Shown: positions 27,635-38,208, counted from the whole stretch's first letter. The stretch is 63,647 nt of DNA, filler included, from Reclinomonas americana ATCC 50394 (GCA_048213135.1; 18 parts of 18 records of this genome joined end to end with filler, not necessarily neighbours in it), one strand, 5' to 3'. Program-made: numbers and translations. The notes: generated by a model not told the origin, from the letters alone.

Positions 27635-28273
27635 GAAACTAACTGAATCACTATCAGAGTTATCACTGTCAGTGTCGGAATTATAAAATGAACTTCTTGG
27701 AGTTTTATTAACATCATACTCTGTTGTTAAGAATATAATAATGTTCTGTGTCATATCACAAACATGTTGTAGTATCTTATCGACAATTTTTATGTCTTTG
27801 ATAGCTTTCAATCTTGCTACTTTAACTACTTTATCTTTGTTAAGTTCAAGATCAAAGTATTTCTTAAACTTTCCCAACTCTTTATTTAGTTCTTTTTCTG
27901 TATACTCACGTTCAAGAATTCCATGTATTAATTCTTCAATAGTATATTTAGTATGTGATATGATAGAGTCTTTCGCCTTCTGTTTGGTTGTGTATACTCC
28001 TTTTGTCACTGTGTCAGTAAATTTATCATCATAATCACCGCCGAAATATTCTATCTTTTGTTCAACTATAAAAACTGTTTGTTGAGTATCACTATCAGAG
28101 TCACATCTATCACAATCATTATCGTTTAAAAGACATTCATCTTCTTCGTCATACAATACATTATTTGCATCAAGACATTCAACGCAATATGTTGCATCAC
28201 ATCTTTTACATCTAATAAATGTACCACATCCAACATGATCACAGTTGAAACACTTATTAAAATCTGGACTCAT
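27626..28273 (-). CDS. Hypothetical viral protein with Cys-rich N-terminal zinc finger
   Basis: 215-aa intronless ORF; CFNC...C...CKRC...CVEC. Confidence 0.75.
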   Translation of the reverse strand: MSPDFNKCFNCDHVGCGTFIRCKRCDATYCVECLDANNVLYDEEDECLLNDNDCDRCDSDSDTQQTVFIVEQKIEYFGGDYDDKFTDTVTKGVYTTKQKAKDSIISHTKYTIEELIHGILEREYTEKELNKELGKFKKYFDLELNKDKVVKVARLKAIKDIKIVDKILQHVCDMTQNIIIFLTTEYDVNKTPRSSFYNSDTDSDNSDSDSVSFSP

Positions 28274-28323
28274 TATTATACAATAGAGCTATATAATAAT
28301 GTTAATTAAATGAATGCGTTTAA

Positions 28324-28467
28324 TTAGAACACAAATGATAAAGGAACTAAAATGTAAGGTGATACCGCAAATGATAAACCGACTTTAATAACATTTCTTA
28401 TAGTAATCTTTTTCTTAATCCTCTTAATGGTGTAATTCAAACTATCATTAAGAATTCTGGTCAACAT
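28324..28467 (-). CDS. Small basic protein with hydrophobic C-terminus
   Basis: MLTRILNDSLN...VGLSFAVSPYILVPLSFVF*. The ATG at 28467 was chosen because it avoids overlap with the upstream ORF. Confidence 0.45.
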   Translation of the reverse strand: MLTRILNDSLNYTIKRIKKKITIRNVIKVGLSFAVSPYILVPLSFVF

Positions 28468-28480
28468 CGTTATATTATTA

Positions 28481-28660
28481 CTACACAAAAGAATCACTAG
28501 CCAACAAACAAGCCCAGCATACAGAGAGTCCGGCATCATTTGTCAATATTTTAGAACATTCTAAACATAAATATAATTTCCTTGTACAATTTCGACATTG
28601 AACAGATATGCGCGATACATAATCATTACTGCAACAACTGACAGTGTGTAAATGATTCAT
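28481..28660 (-). CDS. 59-aa Cys-rich zinc-ribbon-like protein (below the ORF-track cutoff)
   Basis: Manual translation: MNHLHTVSCCSNDYVSRISVQCRNCTRKLYLCLECSKILTNDAGLSVCWACLLASDSFV*, with three CxxC pairs and an AT-rich leader. Confidence 0.6.
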   Translation of the reverse strand: MNHLHTVSCCSNDYVSRISVQCRNCTRKLYLCLECSKILTNDAGLSVCWACLLASDSFV

Positions 28661-28804
28661 TATAATATATGTTATTAAATTAATCCAGCCGTAAATACTG
28701 CTTTCGCCCCTGATCCGACATTACCCAACAACGAAAACAAGAGAAAAAGGATTTGATATATTTCCTGACGTTGTTGTCTTCGTTTTTCCATTTCTTCGTG
28801 TTCT

Positions 28805-29431
28805 TTACGCAAGAAATTTTTCCATAAAACACTTGATGAATGGCATAACAACATTTTTAGATTTGAAATCATGTAATACTAATTGGTCAATAGCCTTTCC
28901 ACCTAATTCTAGCATTCTAACTATATCTAGTGGTTTAATGTCTGCACCATGTTCAATAAATGCTTGTTCATGTTCTGAGGCAAACTCTTGTACTTCTCGA
29001 AGATTAATAAATCTCAACTTTTCTTTCCCTTTCTTGCCTGCTCTCTTATGAACATAATTCGAACATTCTTCAACTTCTGCTTTTAGATTCTTAGATAAAT
29101 GCAATATCACTGCATCCTCCAACTTAATCCCCAAAAACTCACAATTAGATAGGAATATTTGCTTCTCATGCTGTTCGTCAAGCAATTTAGGATCTAAACA
29201 GCTTACAGGATACTCATATAGAATCGGTAAAACACTGTCAAAGTTAATTGTATATCTAATTGCTGGATCTAATAGCTTTGGAAACTTGGATATCATTTCG
29301 TCGCTAAATGCGTATAATTTGTCTTGTACCTTTACTTCATGCACATTGGCAGATTGTGTCTCTACATGCGGTACCACATCTTCTTTTTGGATCACGTTTA
29401 AACGAATACCTCCGCTAGTCGTTACACTCAT
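28805..29431 (-). CDS. Hypothetical viral protein, possible BTB/POZ-like domain
   Basis: 208 aa; VKVQDKLYAFSDEMISKFPKLL...FDSVLPILY...FLSNCEFLGI loosely follows the BTB pattern. Confidence 0.6.
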   Translation of the reverse strand: MSVTTSGGIRLNVIQKEDVVPHVETQSANVHEVKVQDKLYAFSDEMISKFPKLLDPAIRYTINFDSVLPILYEYPVSCLDPKLLDEQHEKQIFLSNCEFLGIKLEDAVILHLSKNLKAEVEECSNYVHKRAGKKGKEKLRFINLREVQEFASEHEQAFIEHGADIKPLDIVRMLELGGKAIDQLVLHDFKSKNVVMPFIKCFMEKFLA

Positions 29432-29453
29432 AGCTATATATTATGATTAGAAA

Positions 29454-32051
29454 TTAATTATAAATCCAAACATCAACATTCATTCCAACCCAATCTGTTA
29501 AATTACCATTATTTGACGTGGTTATTTGGACTTCATAATTAGTTCCAGTTTCAGCGACGCTATAATCAGTGCCGTTATAGTTTCCTGTTGTTTGAGTGCA
29601 TATTATTGATAATTGCGGAACAGTGACATAAGATCCAAAAAATAATGTACCGCTACCATCCTTAATATTATATCTACCAGTTGAATTTCTCCACACACCG
29701 ACTTGAGAACTTGACGGTGATGATGATTCAATAACATTCAAACTAGTACCACCATCATATCTTCTGACCATACCAGTGATAAGTGATCCAGACACGAATC
29801 TAAATCTAATCAATCCTTTCCATGGACTAGTAAAACCACCACCAGAAGCCCAACTATATGTTCCACTTGTATATGTTAGTGAACCATTACTTGGAGTCGT
29901 TCCAGCTATAGCAGTTAATATACTGTTTAATGGTTGTTTCTCTGAATCTAATTCATTAATGGCGTTCTGAACAGTGACACTGGATATATTGCCGGCTGGT
30001 GTATTTGTTATTTGTGATGCTGTATAATCTCCATTACTTGCGGTGATAACACCCATTCGACCAAACACACTGCTAACTTGATCGGTTGCATCTACTTTAG
30101 TCCATGCAGTGCCATCATTTAAAACCCAATCACCCTGTGTAAATGTTATACTTCCAGCTCCAAAGTTTCGAGATCCGCTGTCACTTAACACATAGAAATA
30201 TCCTTTTGCTCCAGTGTCACTATTTGCTAATGTTGGACTATTTGAAACAACACTATATTGACCTTTATAATTTAAAGCACCTAGAATAGCTTCAGGGAGA
30301 TAAGTTGTTGACACTTTAGCACCTGCATCTAATGGACAAATACCATTCGCACTTCCTTTCTCTCCTTCAATTGCATTATATTGATCTTGAAGTTGTCCAT
30401 ATGTGCAAGCATCAGCCGATACAGAACCAGGAAGCAAACTAATTGCTCTATAACTACCACCAAAGTTTAAATTGCCTGTCATCGTGCCACCACTTAAATT
30501 TAATTTAGTATCTAATTGTGATTTATTAACTGCATCATTAGAACTTGAACCATCTGCCACCCCAGTGACTTTATTACTTCCCATTGCAATATTTCCGCTC
30601 ATCGTTCCACCACTCAAATTTAATTTTGTATCTAATTGACCTTTATTAACTGCATCACCACTAGAACTACCATTTGAAACATTTGATATAACATTAGAAT
30701 TCATATTCAAACTATTAACACTTAATGAATCACTAATTAAGGTTGCTGGTGATCTTGTGCCGGATAATGTTGATGTTGATGTATTAAATAATGCATTTCT
30801 GAAACTATATATAACACCGCTCCCAATAGATATTTTGGCTAATGATCCATCAGTATTAAAACATGTCATATCACTTAATGTCAAGTTTGAACTACTTCCG
30901 CCTGTGCATGTAATCGCGAATGTTGATGATGAAGCAGAAAACACCGGCATATTACTTATTCCCAAGAAACCAGCCGATAATGTGATAGGTGATGAAGTAG
31001 AACAACCTACACATGACATAATAGCACCGGCGTTATTGACTGTCAATATGCCCATTTTACAACTATTTACTACAACAACTTGACCGGTTCCAGTGACATT
31101 TACTGCACCCGTTCCGCTTGTTCCTTGCATATCTGAATCACTAATCTCAAGATATCCACTTCCTGATTTGCTTAATGTACCGCTTATTTTACATCCTTGT
31201 AATGTTGTCGTTCCTGATCCACTAATTGTCAAATTATTAAATGCAACACCTAATATCCTAACACTTCCCACACTATTAACTGTAATTGTGCCAGTAAGAT
31301 TGACTATTCCGCCTTTTTCATAATTGACACTTGTAATTGTGATATTCTGTTGTGTGATTGTTGATGTTTCATTATAAGTTCCTGCAAATATAGCCACAGA
31401 TCGACCACTATTTGAGGCGACAGAACATGCACTTGCGATTGTTAATTTTGCAGACTGTTCACAATAGCCATCATTACTGTCATGTCCATTAACTGCAGAA
31501 ACATAAACACAATTGTTAAATACATTATTTAAATTGCCCATACTACCACTCGGAATAGTTGGGAATGTTGCCAAACTTAAATCACCTCTAAAATATTGTG
31601 CTGTCGTGCCTGTTGTTATTGTGTTTTGTTTTCCAGATTGTAAACTGGATATATTTGTATTAGCAGTTGACATTTGCCCTTGTAATGTTGTTATATTTGA
31701 TGTGTTTGTAGATATGTTACTATTTGCTGTTGTCATTTGTCCTTGCAAAGTAGAGACATTTGATCCAGTTGTATTTAAACTAACTGTATTAGTTTGTACA
31801 TCACCAGAGGAAACTAATGATGTCACATTAACAGCTGATAAATTACTTGTGCCGACATTATCATTATTTATAGTCATGGTTCCACCTGCTGTCTTGGTAA
31901 ATTGTAATGTTCCGCCTTGAACTTGAACATTTGGGCCTAATTTATATGTGTTTGTTGATCTTGTATATAATGGCACATTAGATCCGCCACTTGTCAAAAC
32001 ATTAATATCTCCACTTGATGTCAATTTAGAACATTGTTGGTCAAGGGTCAA
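29454..32051 (-). CDS. Virion fibre / tailspike-like protein (865 aa visible; true start uncertain)
   Basis: Coiled-coil ITTLQGQM repeats; beta-helix cap VYVSAVNGHDSNDG...TIASA...AGTYNE; two copies of DAVNKxQLDTKLNLSGGTM; GDWVL; VSSVFGRMG; VQNAINELDSEK. Confidence 0.8.
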   Translation of the reverse strand: MTLDQQCSKLTSSGDINVLTSGGSNVPLYTRSTNTYKLGPNVQVQGGTLQFTKTAGGTMTINNDNVGTSNLSAVNVTSLVSSGDVQTNTVSLNTTGSNVSTLQGQMTTANSNISTNTSNITTLQGQMSTANTNISSLQSGKQNTITTGTTAQYFRGDLSLATFPTIPSGSMGNLNNVFNNCVYVSAVNGHDSNDGYCEQSAKLTIASACSVASNSGRSVAIFAGTYNETSTITQQNITITSVNYEKGGIVNLTGTITVNSVGSVRILGVAFNNLTISGSGTTTLQGCKISGTLSKSGSGYLEISDSDMQGTSGTGAVNVTGTGQVVVVNSCKMGILTVNNAGAIMSCVGCSTSSPITLSAGFLGISNMPVFSASSSTFAITCTGGSSSNLTLSDMTCFNTDGSLAKISIGSGVIYSFRNALFNTSTSTLSGTRSPATLISDSLSVNSLNMNSNVISNVSNGSSSGDAVNKGQLDTKLNLSGGTMSGNIAMGSNKVTGVADGSSSNDAVNKSQLDTKLNLSGGTMTGNLNFGGSYRAISLLPGSVSADACTYGQLQDQYNAIEGEKGSANGICPLDAGAKVSTTYLPEAILGALNYKGQYSVVSNSPTLANSDTGAKGYFYVLSDSGSRNFGAGSITFTQGDWVLNDGTAWTKVDATDQVSSVFGRMGVITASNGDYTASQITNTPAGNISSVTVQNAINELDSEKQPLNSILTAIAGTTPSNGSLTYTSGTYSWASGGGFTSPWKGLIRFRFVSGSLITGMVRRYDGGTSLNVIESSSPSSSQVGVWRNSTGRYNIKDGSGTLFFGSYVTVPQLSIICTQTTGNYNGTDYSVAETGTNYEVQITTSNNGNLTDWVGMNVDVWIYN

Positions 32052-32184
32052 GGGTCAAGGGTCAAGGTCAAGGTCAGCAGCAGGNNNNNNNNNNNNNNNN
32101 NNNNNNNNNNNNNNNNNNNNNNNNNNNNTTAATTAATTAANNNNNNNNNNNNNNNNNNNNNNNNNNNNNNNNNNNNNNNNNNNN

Positions 32185-33681
32185 GGTTCGACTGTGACAG
32201 CAGGTGGTTTGATCACTGGCGGTAGTGTTACGACAGCTGGATCTGTGCAGTCGGGCACTTTGAGCTCGTTTGGGTTGGTGAGCGGCGGCAGTTTGACGAC
32301 AACCGGCAGCATGCAAGCAGGCACGATCAGCACTGGGTCGACGGTGACCGCTGGCGGTCTGATTACTGGCGGCAGTGTGACGACGACCGGCAGCATACAA
32401 GCAGGCACGATCAGCACCGGCTCGACGGTGACCGCTGGCGGTCTGATTACTGGCGGCAGTGTGACGACGACCGGCAGCATGCAAGCAGGTACGATCAGCA
32501 CCGGCTCGACGGTGACCGCTGGCGGTCTGGTTGCTGGCGGCAGTGTGACGACGACCGGCAGCATGCAAGCTGGCACAATCAGTACCGGCTCGACCGTGAC
32601 TGCTGGCGGTCTGATTACTGGTGGCAGCTTGACGACGACCGGCAGCATGCAGTCGGGCACTGTGAGTGTTGCAGGGTTAATCAGTGCTGGTAGCATTACC
32701 ACCACAGGTATTGTCAGGGGTAGCTACATCAGTACGTTTGGTAACATTGACGCAAACGGAATCGTTTCTGGTGGCAGCCTCTCTGCTGCCGGTTCTGTTG
32801 TTAGTGCGACTGTAAGTTCTGCCGGTCTTGTCTCCGCTGGCAGCTTGTCCACCAGTGGACTGCTCTCGGCAACAACAATAACGGTGTCTGGTACTCTGTC
32901 AGCAAACTCGATTAGTGTTTCTGGCAGTCTCATTTTCGCATCAGTGAGTACTTCTGGATTGGTGTCTGCCGGCAGTATTACAACGAGTGGCAGTATTTCT
33001 GCGTCGTCTGTTACGGCTGGCAGTATTGTGTCGGATAGTACGCAACTGACTGTCAGCAAGGCTGCCCGATTCAACGATCGCGTAACTATCGACGGAAAAG
33101 CGACTTTCACAGGGACAATGTTGTCTTCCGATCGTGCGACATTTGATGATGCTGTTTCGGTCTCCGGCCTGTTAACTACTAGCTCTGTTAACACTGTTGG
33201 CAATGTGAGTGTCTCTGGTACTGTGACGGCGGCGTCTTTTATCGCGACGTCCTCCGTGAGTGCAACTGGAACAATCAGTAGCGGCAGCTTTACGTCGACT
33301 GGCAGCGTGCAATCCGGCACTGTCAGCTCGTCTGGATTGATCAGCGGCGGCAGTGTGACGACGGTCGGCAGCATGCAGTCTGGCACTGTCAGCGCGTCTG
33401 GCTTGATCAGCGGCGGAAGTGTGACGACGGTCGGCAGCATGCAGAGTGGCACTGTGAGCTCCTCTGGCTTGATAAGTGGCGGCAGCGTGACGACGGTTGG
33501 CAGTGTCCAGTCTGGAACTATCAGCACGTCTGGTTTGATCAGCGGCGGCAGCGTGACGACGGTTGGCAGCATGCAGTCTGGCACTGCCAGCTCATCTGGT
33601 TTGATCAGTGGTGGCAATGTGACGACCACTGGATTTGTGCAGTCTGGTACTGTGAGCTCGGCTGGCCTCGTTAGCAGTGGC
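32185..33681 (+). CDS. Gly/Ser/Thr-rich tandem-repeat protein, fragment 1
   Basis: Frame open across the whole contig; units such as GLITGGSVTTTGSMQAGTISTGSTVTAG; copies differ mainly at third codon positions. Confidence 0.8.
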
Positions 33682-33781
33682 NNNNNNNNNNNNNNNNNNN
33701 NNNNNNNNNNNNNNNNNNNNNNNNNTTAATTAATTAANNNNNNNNNNNNNNNNNNNNNNNNNNNNNNNNNNNNNNNNNNNN

Positions 33782-35057
33782 TACAGCAGGCAACATGCAG
33801 GCAGGCACGATCAGCACCGGCTCGACTGTGACTGCAGGCGGTCTGATCACTGGCGGCAGTGTGACGACGGCTGGATCCGTGCAGTCGGGCACTGTGAGCT
33901 CGTTTGGGTTGGTGAGCGGCGGCAGCTTCACGACGACCGGCAGCATGCAGGCTGGCACGATCAGCACTGGCTCGACTGTGACTGCTGGTGGCTTGATCAC
34001 TGGTGGCAGTGTGACAACAGCTGGCAGCATGCAGGCTGGCACCATCAGTACCGGCTCGACGGTGACTGCCGGCGGCTTGGTCACTGGCGGCAGTGTTACG
34101 TCGGCGGGATCTGTGCAGGCGGGCACTGTTAGCTCGTTCGGTTTAGTGAGCGCTGGCAGCTTCACAACAGGATCGACGGTTGTTGCTGGCGGTCTGATTA
34201 CTGGCGGCAGTGTGACGACGGCTGGCAGCGTGCAGGCTGGCACGATCAGCACCGGTTCGACTGTGACTGCTGGTGGCTTGATTACTGGTGGCAGTGTTAC
34301 GTCGGCTGGGTCTGTGCAGTCAGGCACTGTGAGCTCGTTTGGGTTGGTTAGCGGTGGCAGTGTTACGACGGTCGGCAGCATGCAGTCTGGCACTGTTAGC
34401 TCCTCTGGTTTGATCAGCGGTGGCAGTGTCACAACGGTTGGCAGTGTCCAGTCTGGCAGCGTGAGCTCGTCTGGCTTGATCAGCGGCGGCAGTGTGACGA
34501 CGGTCGGCAGCGTGCAATCTGGCACTGTGAGCTCGTCTGGCTTGATCAGCGGCGGCAGCGTGACTACTGTCGGTAGCGTGCAGTCTGGCAGCGTGAGTTC
34601 CTTCGGCGTTGTAAGTAGTGGTAGCTTCACGACAGTCGGTAGCATACAATCTGGCACTGTTAGCTCTTTCGGCCTTGTGAGCGGCGGTGGTTTCACGTCA
34701 ACTGGCAGCATGCAGTCTGGCACTGTTAGCTCGTCTGGTTTGATCAGCGGCGGCAGTGTGACGACGGTCGGCAGCATGCAATCTGGCACTGTGAGCTCAT
34801 TCGGCTTGGTCAGTGGTGGTAGTGTGACGACGGTCGGCAGCATGCAGAGTGGCACTGTGAGCTCTTTTGGGTTGATCAGCGGCGGCAGTTTGACGACGGT
34901 TGGTAGCGTGCAGTCTGGCAGCGTGAGCTCCTTCGGCGTTGTAAGTAGTGGTAGCTTCACGACAGTCGGTAGCATACAATCTGGCACTGTTAGCTCTTTC
35001 GGCCTTGTGAGCGGCGGTGGTTTCACGTCAACTGGCAGCATGCAGTCTGGCGCTGTT
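33782..35057 (+). CDS. Gly/Ser/Thr-rich tandem-repeat protein, fragment 2
   Basis: Same 22/28-aa units (SSGLISGGSVTTVGSMQSGTVS); no stops or introns. Confidence 0.8.
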
Positions 35058-35157
35058 NNNNNNNNNNNNNNNNNNNNNNNNNNNNNNNNNNNNNNNNNNN
35101 NTTAATTAATTAANNNNNNNNNNNNNNNNNNNNNNNNNNNNNNNNNNNNNNNNNNNN

Positions 35158-37098
35158 GTTATTGCTAGTAGCAACGTGTCCGTTGGCGGAACACTGACTG
35201 TCGCAGGCGTCTCAACGATTTCTGGTGACCTCAGCGTCACTGGTACAGCTGAGCTGAAGGGATTCACTTCGTCGAAGCCTGCCAACATGATTGGAGGTGT
35301 GTCGATTGCCATTCAACCGCTGACAGTGTCGTCGAATATGACAGTTTCAGCGCCAGTGACGTTGACGTCTACACTTACGTCGACCAGCAGTGTGTCCGCG
35401 GCATCTATGACTTCGAGTGGTATTTTGACTGCATCTGGACTGATTTCTGGTGGAAGCCTTACCTCCACCGGGTCGTTGGAGAGTTCATCGGTCAGTGCAT
35501 CGGGACTTGTCAGCGGTGGCAGCATTACCACTGCAGGCACTCTGCGCGGATTCATCATCAGCTCGTCTGGTTTGATAAGCGGCGGCAGTGTTACAACAAC
35601 CGGCTCCGTGCAGTCGGGCACTGTGAGCTCGTTTGGACTGGTGAGCGGCGGCAGCTTGACGACAACCGGTAGCGTGCAGGCTGGTACGATCAGCACGGGT
35701 GCGACGGTTGTCGCCGGTGGCTTGATTACTGGCGGCAGCATGACGACGACTGGCAGTGTGGAGGCGGGCACTGTGAGTACTGGGTCGACTGTCACGGCTG
35801 GCGGTCTGATTACTGGTGGCAGTTTGACGACTGCAGGATATGTACAATCAGGCACTGTGAGTTCTGTTGGCTTGGTGAGCGCCGGAAGCTTCACGACTGT
35901 GGGCAGCATGCAGGCTGGCACGATCAGCACCGGCTCGACTGTGACAGCAGGCGGTCTGATCACTGGCGGTAGTGTGACGACTGCTGGATCTGTGCAGTCG
36001 GGTACCGTGAGCACATTCGGGTTGGTGAGCGGCGGCAGTTTGACTACGACCGGCAGCATGCAGGCAGGCACGATCAGCACCGGGTCGACAGTGACTGCTG
36101 GCGGCCTGATCACTGGTGGCAGTGTTACGACAGCCGGTAGCGTGCAGGCTGGCACGATCAGCACCGGCTCGACGGTGACCGCTGGCGGTCTGATTACTGG
36201 CGGCAGTGTGACGACGGCCGGCAGCGTGCAGGCTGGCACAATCAGTACCGGCTCGACGGTGACTGCTGGTGGCCTGATAACTGGTGGCAGTGTGACAACA
36301 GCTGGCAGCATGCAGGCTGGCACGATCAGCACTGGGTCGACTGTGACTGCTGGTGGCTTGATCACTGGCGGCAGTGTGACAACGACTGGATCTGTGCAGG
36401 CGGGCACTGTGAGCACGTTCGGATTGGTGAGCGCCGGAAGCTTCACAACGGGATCGACGGTTGTTGCTGGTGGTCTGATCACTGGCGGCAGTGTGACGAC
36501 AGCCGGTAGCGTGCAGGCTGGCACCGTGAGCACATTCGGGTTGGTGAGCGGCGGCAGTTTGACGACTGCTGGCAGCATGCAAGCTGGCACGATTAGCACC
36601 GCCGGTCTGTTGACTGCGGCTGATCTGACTACTGCCGGGTCAATCAGTGCCTCCGTCATTATCACGAATACTCTTGGTATTACAAGTAACATTAGTGCTG
36701 TAGGCGTTGTCAGCGGTGGCAGTATTACAACGAGCGGGATCTTGTCTGGCGGCACGATTGTGGGCTCATCGCTTTCTGTAAGTGGCCTGATTACTGGCGG
36801 AAGTGTGACTACGACCGGAAGCATGCAGGCTGGCACGATCAGTACTGGTTCGACAGTGACTGCTGGTGGCTTGATTACTGGCGGCAGTGTTACGTCGGCT
36901 GGATCTGTGCAGGCGGGCACTGTTAGCTCGTTCGGTTTGGTGAGCGCCGGAAGCTTCACAACGGGATCGACGGTTGTTGCTGGTGGTCTGATTACTGGCG
37001 GCAGTGTGACGACAGCCGGTAGCGTGCAGGCTGGCACCGTGAGCACATTCGGGTTGGTGAGCGGCAGTAGTGTTACGACAACCGGCAGCATGCAGGCA
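35158..37098 (+). CDS. Gly/Ser/Thr-rich tandem-repeat protein, fragment 3
   Basis: Same units, plus the less regular segment VSVGGTLTVAGVSTISGDLSVTGTAEL. Confidence 0.8.
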
Positions 37099-37198
37099 NN
37101 NNNNNNNNNNNNNNNNNNNNNNNNNNNNNNNNNNNNNNNNNNTTAATTAATTAANNNNNNNNNNNNNNNNNNNNNNNNNNNNNNNNNNNNNNNNNNNN

Positions 37199-37750
37199 TG
37201 AGCGGCGACAAGAAGGGGGAGAGAGAAGTAGGAGACAGAGCGCGCGCAACTCCATCACGTGACGCACTGACGACGGTCAGCACGACGGAAACCAACATGA
37301 AGACGGCGACCAGCAAAAATCCGATCGAGTTGCAGACGGCACAGCACGAGCGCCGACAGCAGCCGCACACCTGAGCAAAGGCAAACAGCTCAAAGAGGAA
37401 CGCCATGCATGCTCCGCCCTGAGGAAAGCGCGAGGGTGGGTAGAGAGACAAGAAAACAGAGAGAGAGAGAGACAACTCGTCAGACCAGCAGGAAAAAGGC
37501 AGTTGCGGGGCCGACATTGACGACAGGGTGTGTGAAGGCATCGGGCAGCTCAAAGCCGGCCACCAGCAGTGCCGCCAGTGCGAATGCCGCAATGGTCACC
37601 AGCTGTGTGCGAATCAGTGAGTGAGAGAGTGAAACAGAAAGCGCATAAATGCACATGTGTGCTCACCGAGTTGAGAATGAGCAGTGCGAGGATGCAGTTG
37701 TGGCGGCGTGAGGTCTTGCCATGCTTGCCGCCTGCTCGACGGCGACACAT
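37199..37750 (-). CDS. Multi-pass membrane protein, partial, spliced
   Basis: Hydrophobic exons ILALLILNS|LVTIAAFALAALLVAG...|GGACMAFLFELFAFAQVCGCC...FLLVAVFMLVSVVLTVV. Confidence 0.5.
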
Positions 37751-37838
37751 GCGCGCGCGTGTGAGAGAGAGAGGAAAGCGCGAAGTGCGTGTCTTGCAGG
37801 ACACTCCGTCGTCGTTGTGTGTGTGAGCGCGCGCGTGC

Positions 37839-38159
37839 ATGGAGGTTGACGGCGGTGAGTCGTGCATGTGTGCGCGCTCTTCTCCTCCATCCCCCCGCTC
37901 TCGCTCATTGTCTGTTTGTCTTTCTCTCAGAGTCACTGGTGATCCCGCCAGCACCTGGACTCTCCTTGCCGCCTCTTCCGCCTCCGCTTCCTCCGCCACT
38001 GCTGGGTGCATCGCGTGGCAACAAGGACAAGGACGACAAGAAGAAGAACAAGAAGAAGAAGAAGAAGAGCACAGATCGTTGCGTGTGTGTGATGCATTGC
38101 ATGAAGGAGGAAGGAGAGGCTTGGAGGCTTGCTGACTTCTCTCTCTGTGTGTGTGAATG

Positions 38160-38208
<49 letters not shown>

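Larger units (their letters stand above)
27015..32084. mobile_element. One end of a putative endogenous virophage / Polinton-like virus (right part lost in the gap)
   Basis: Abrupt switch from GC-rich host satellite to AT-rich, intronless, tightly packed ORFs within one contig. Contains a Tlr6F-like gene and a fibre gene. No capsid, ATPase or integrase gene is visible. Confidence 0.75.

Noticed and set aside
32041..32073. Telomere repeat (TCAAGGG)
   Set aside because: Only five mixed-length units, followed by non-repeat sequence.
32133..37091. Long minus-strand Pro/Val/Thr-rich ORFs
   Set aside because: These are antisense shadows of the repeat protein, whose codons give few reverse-strand stops.
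32185..37098. Bacterial ice-nucleation protein identity
   Set aside because: It lacks the AGYGSTxT 8/16-mer, and the period is 11/22/28.
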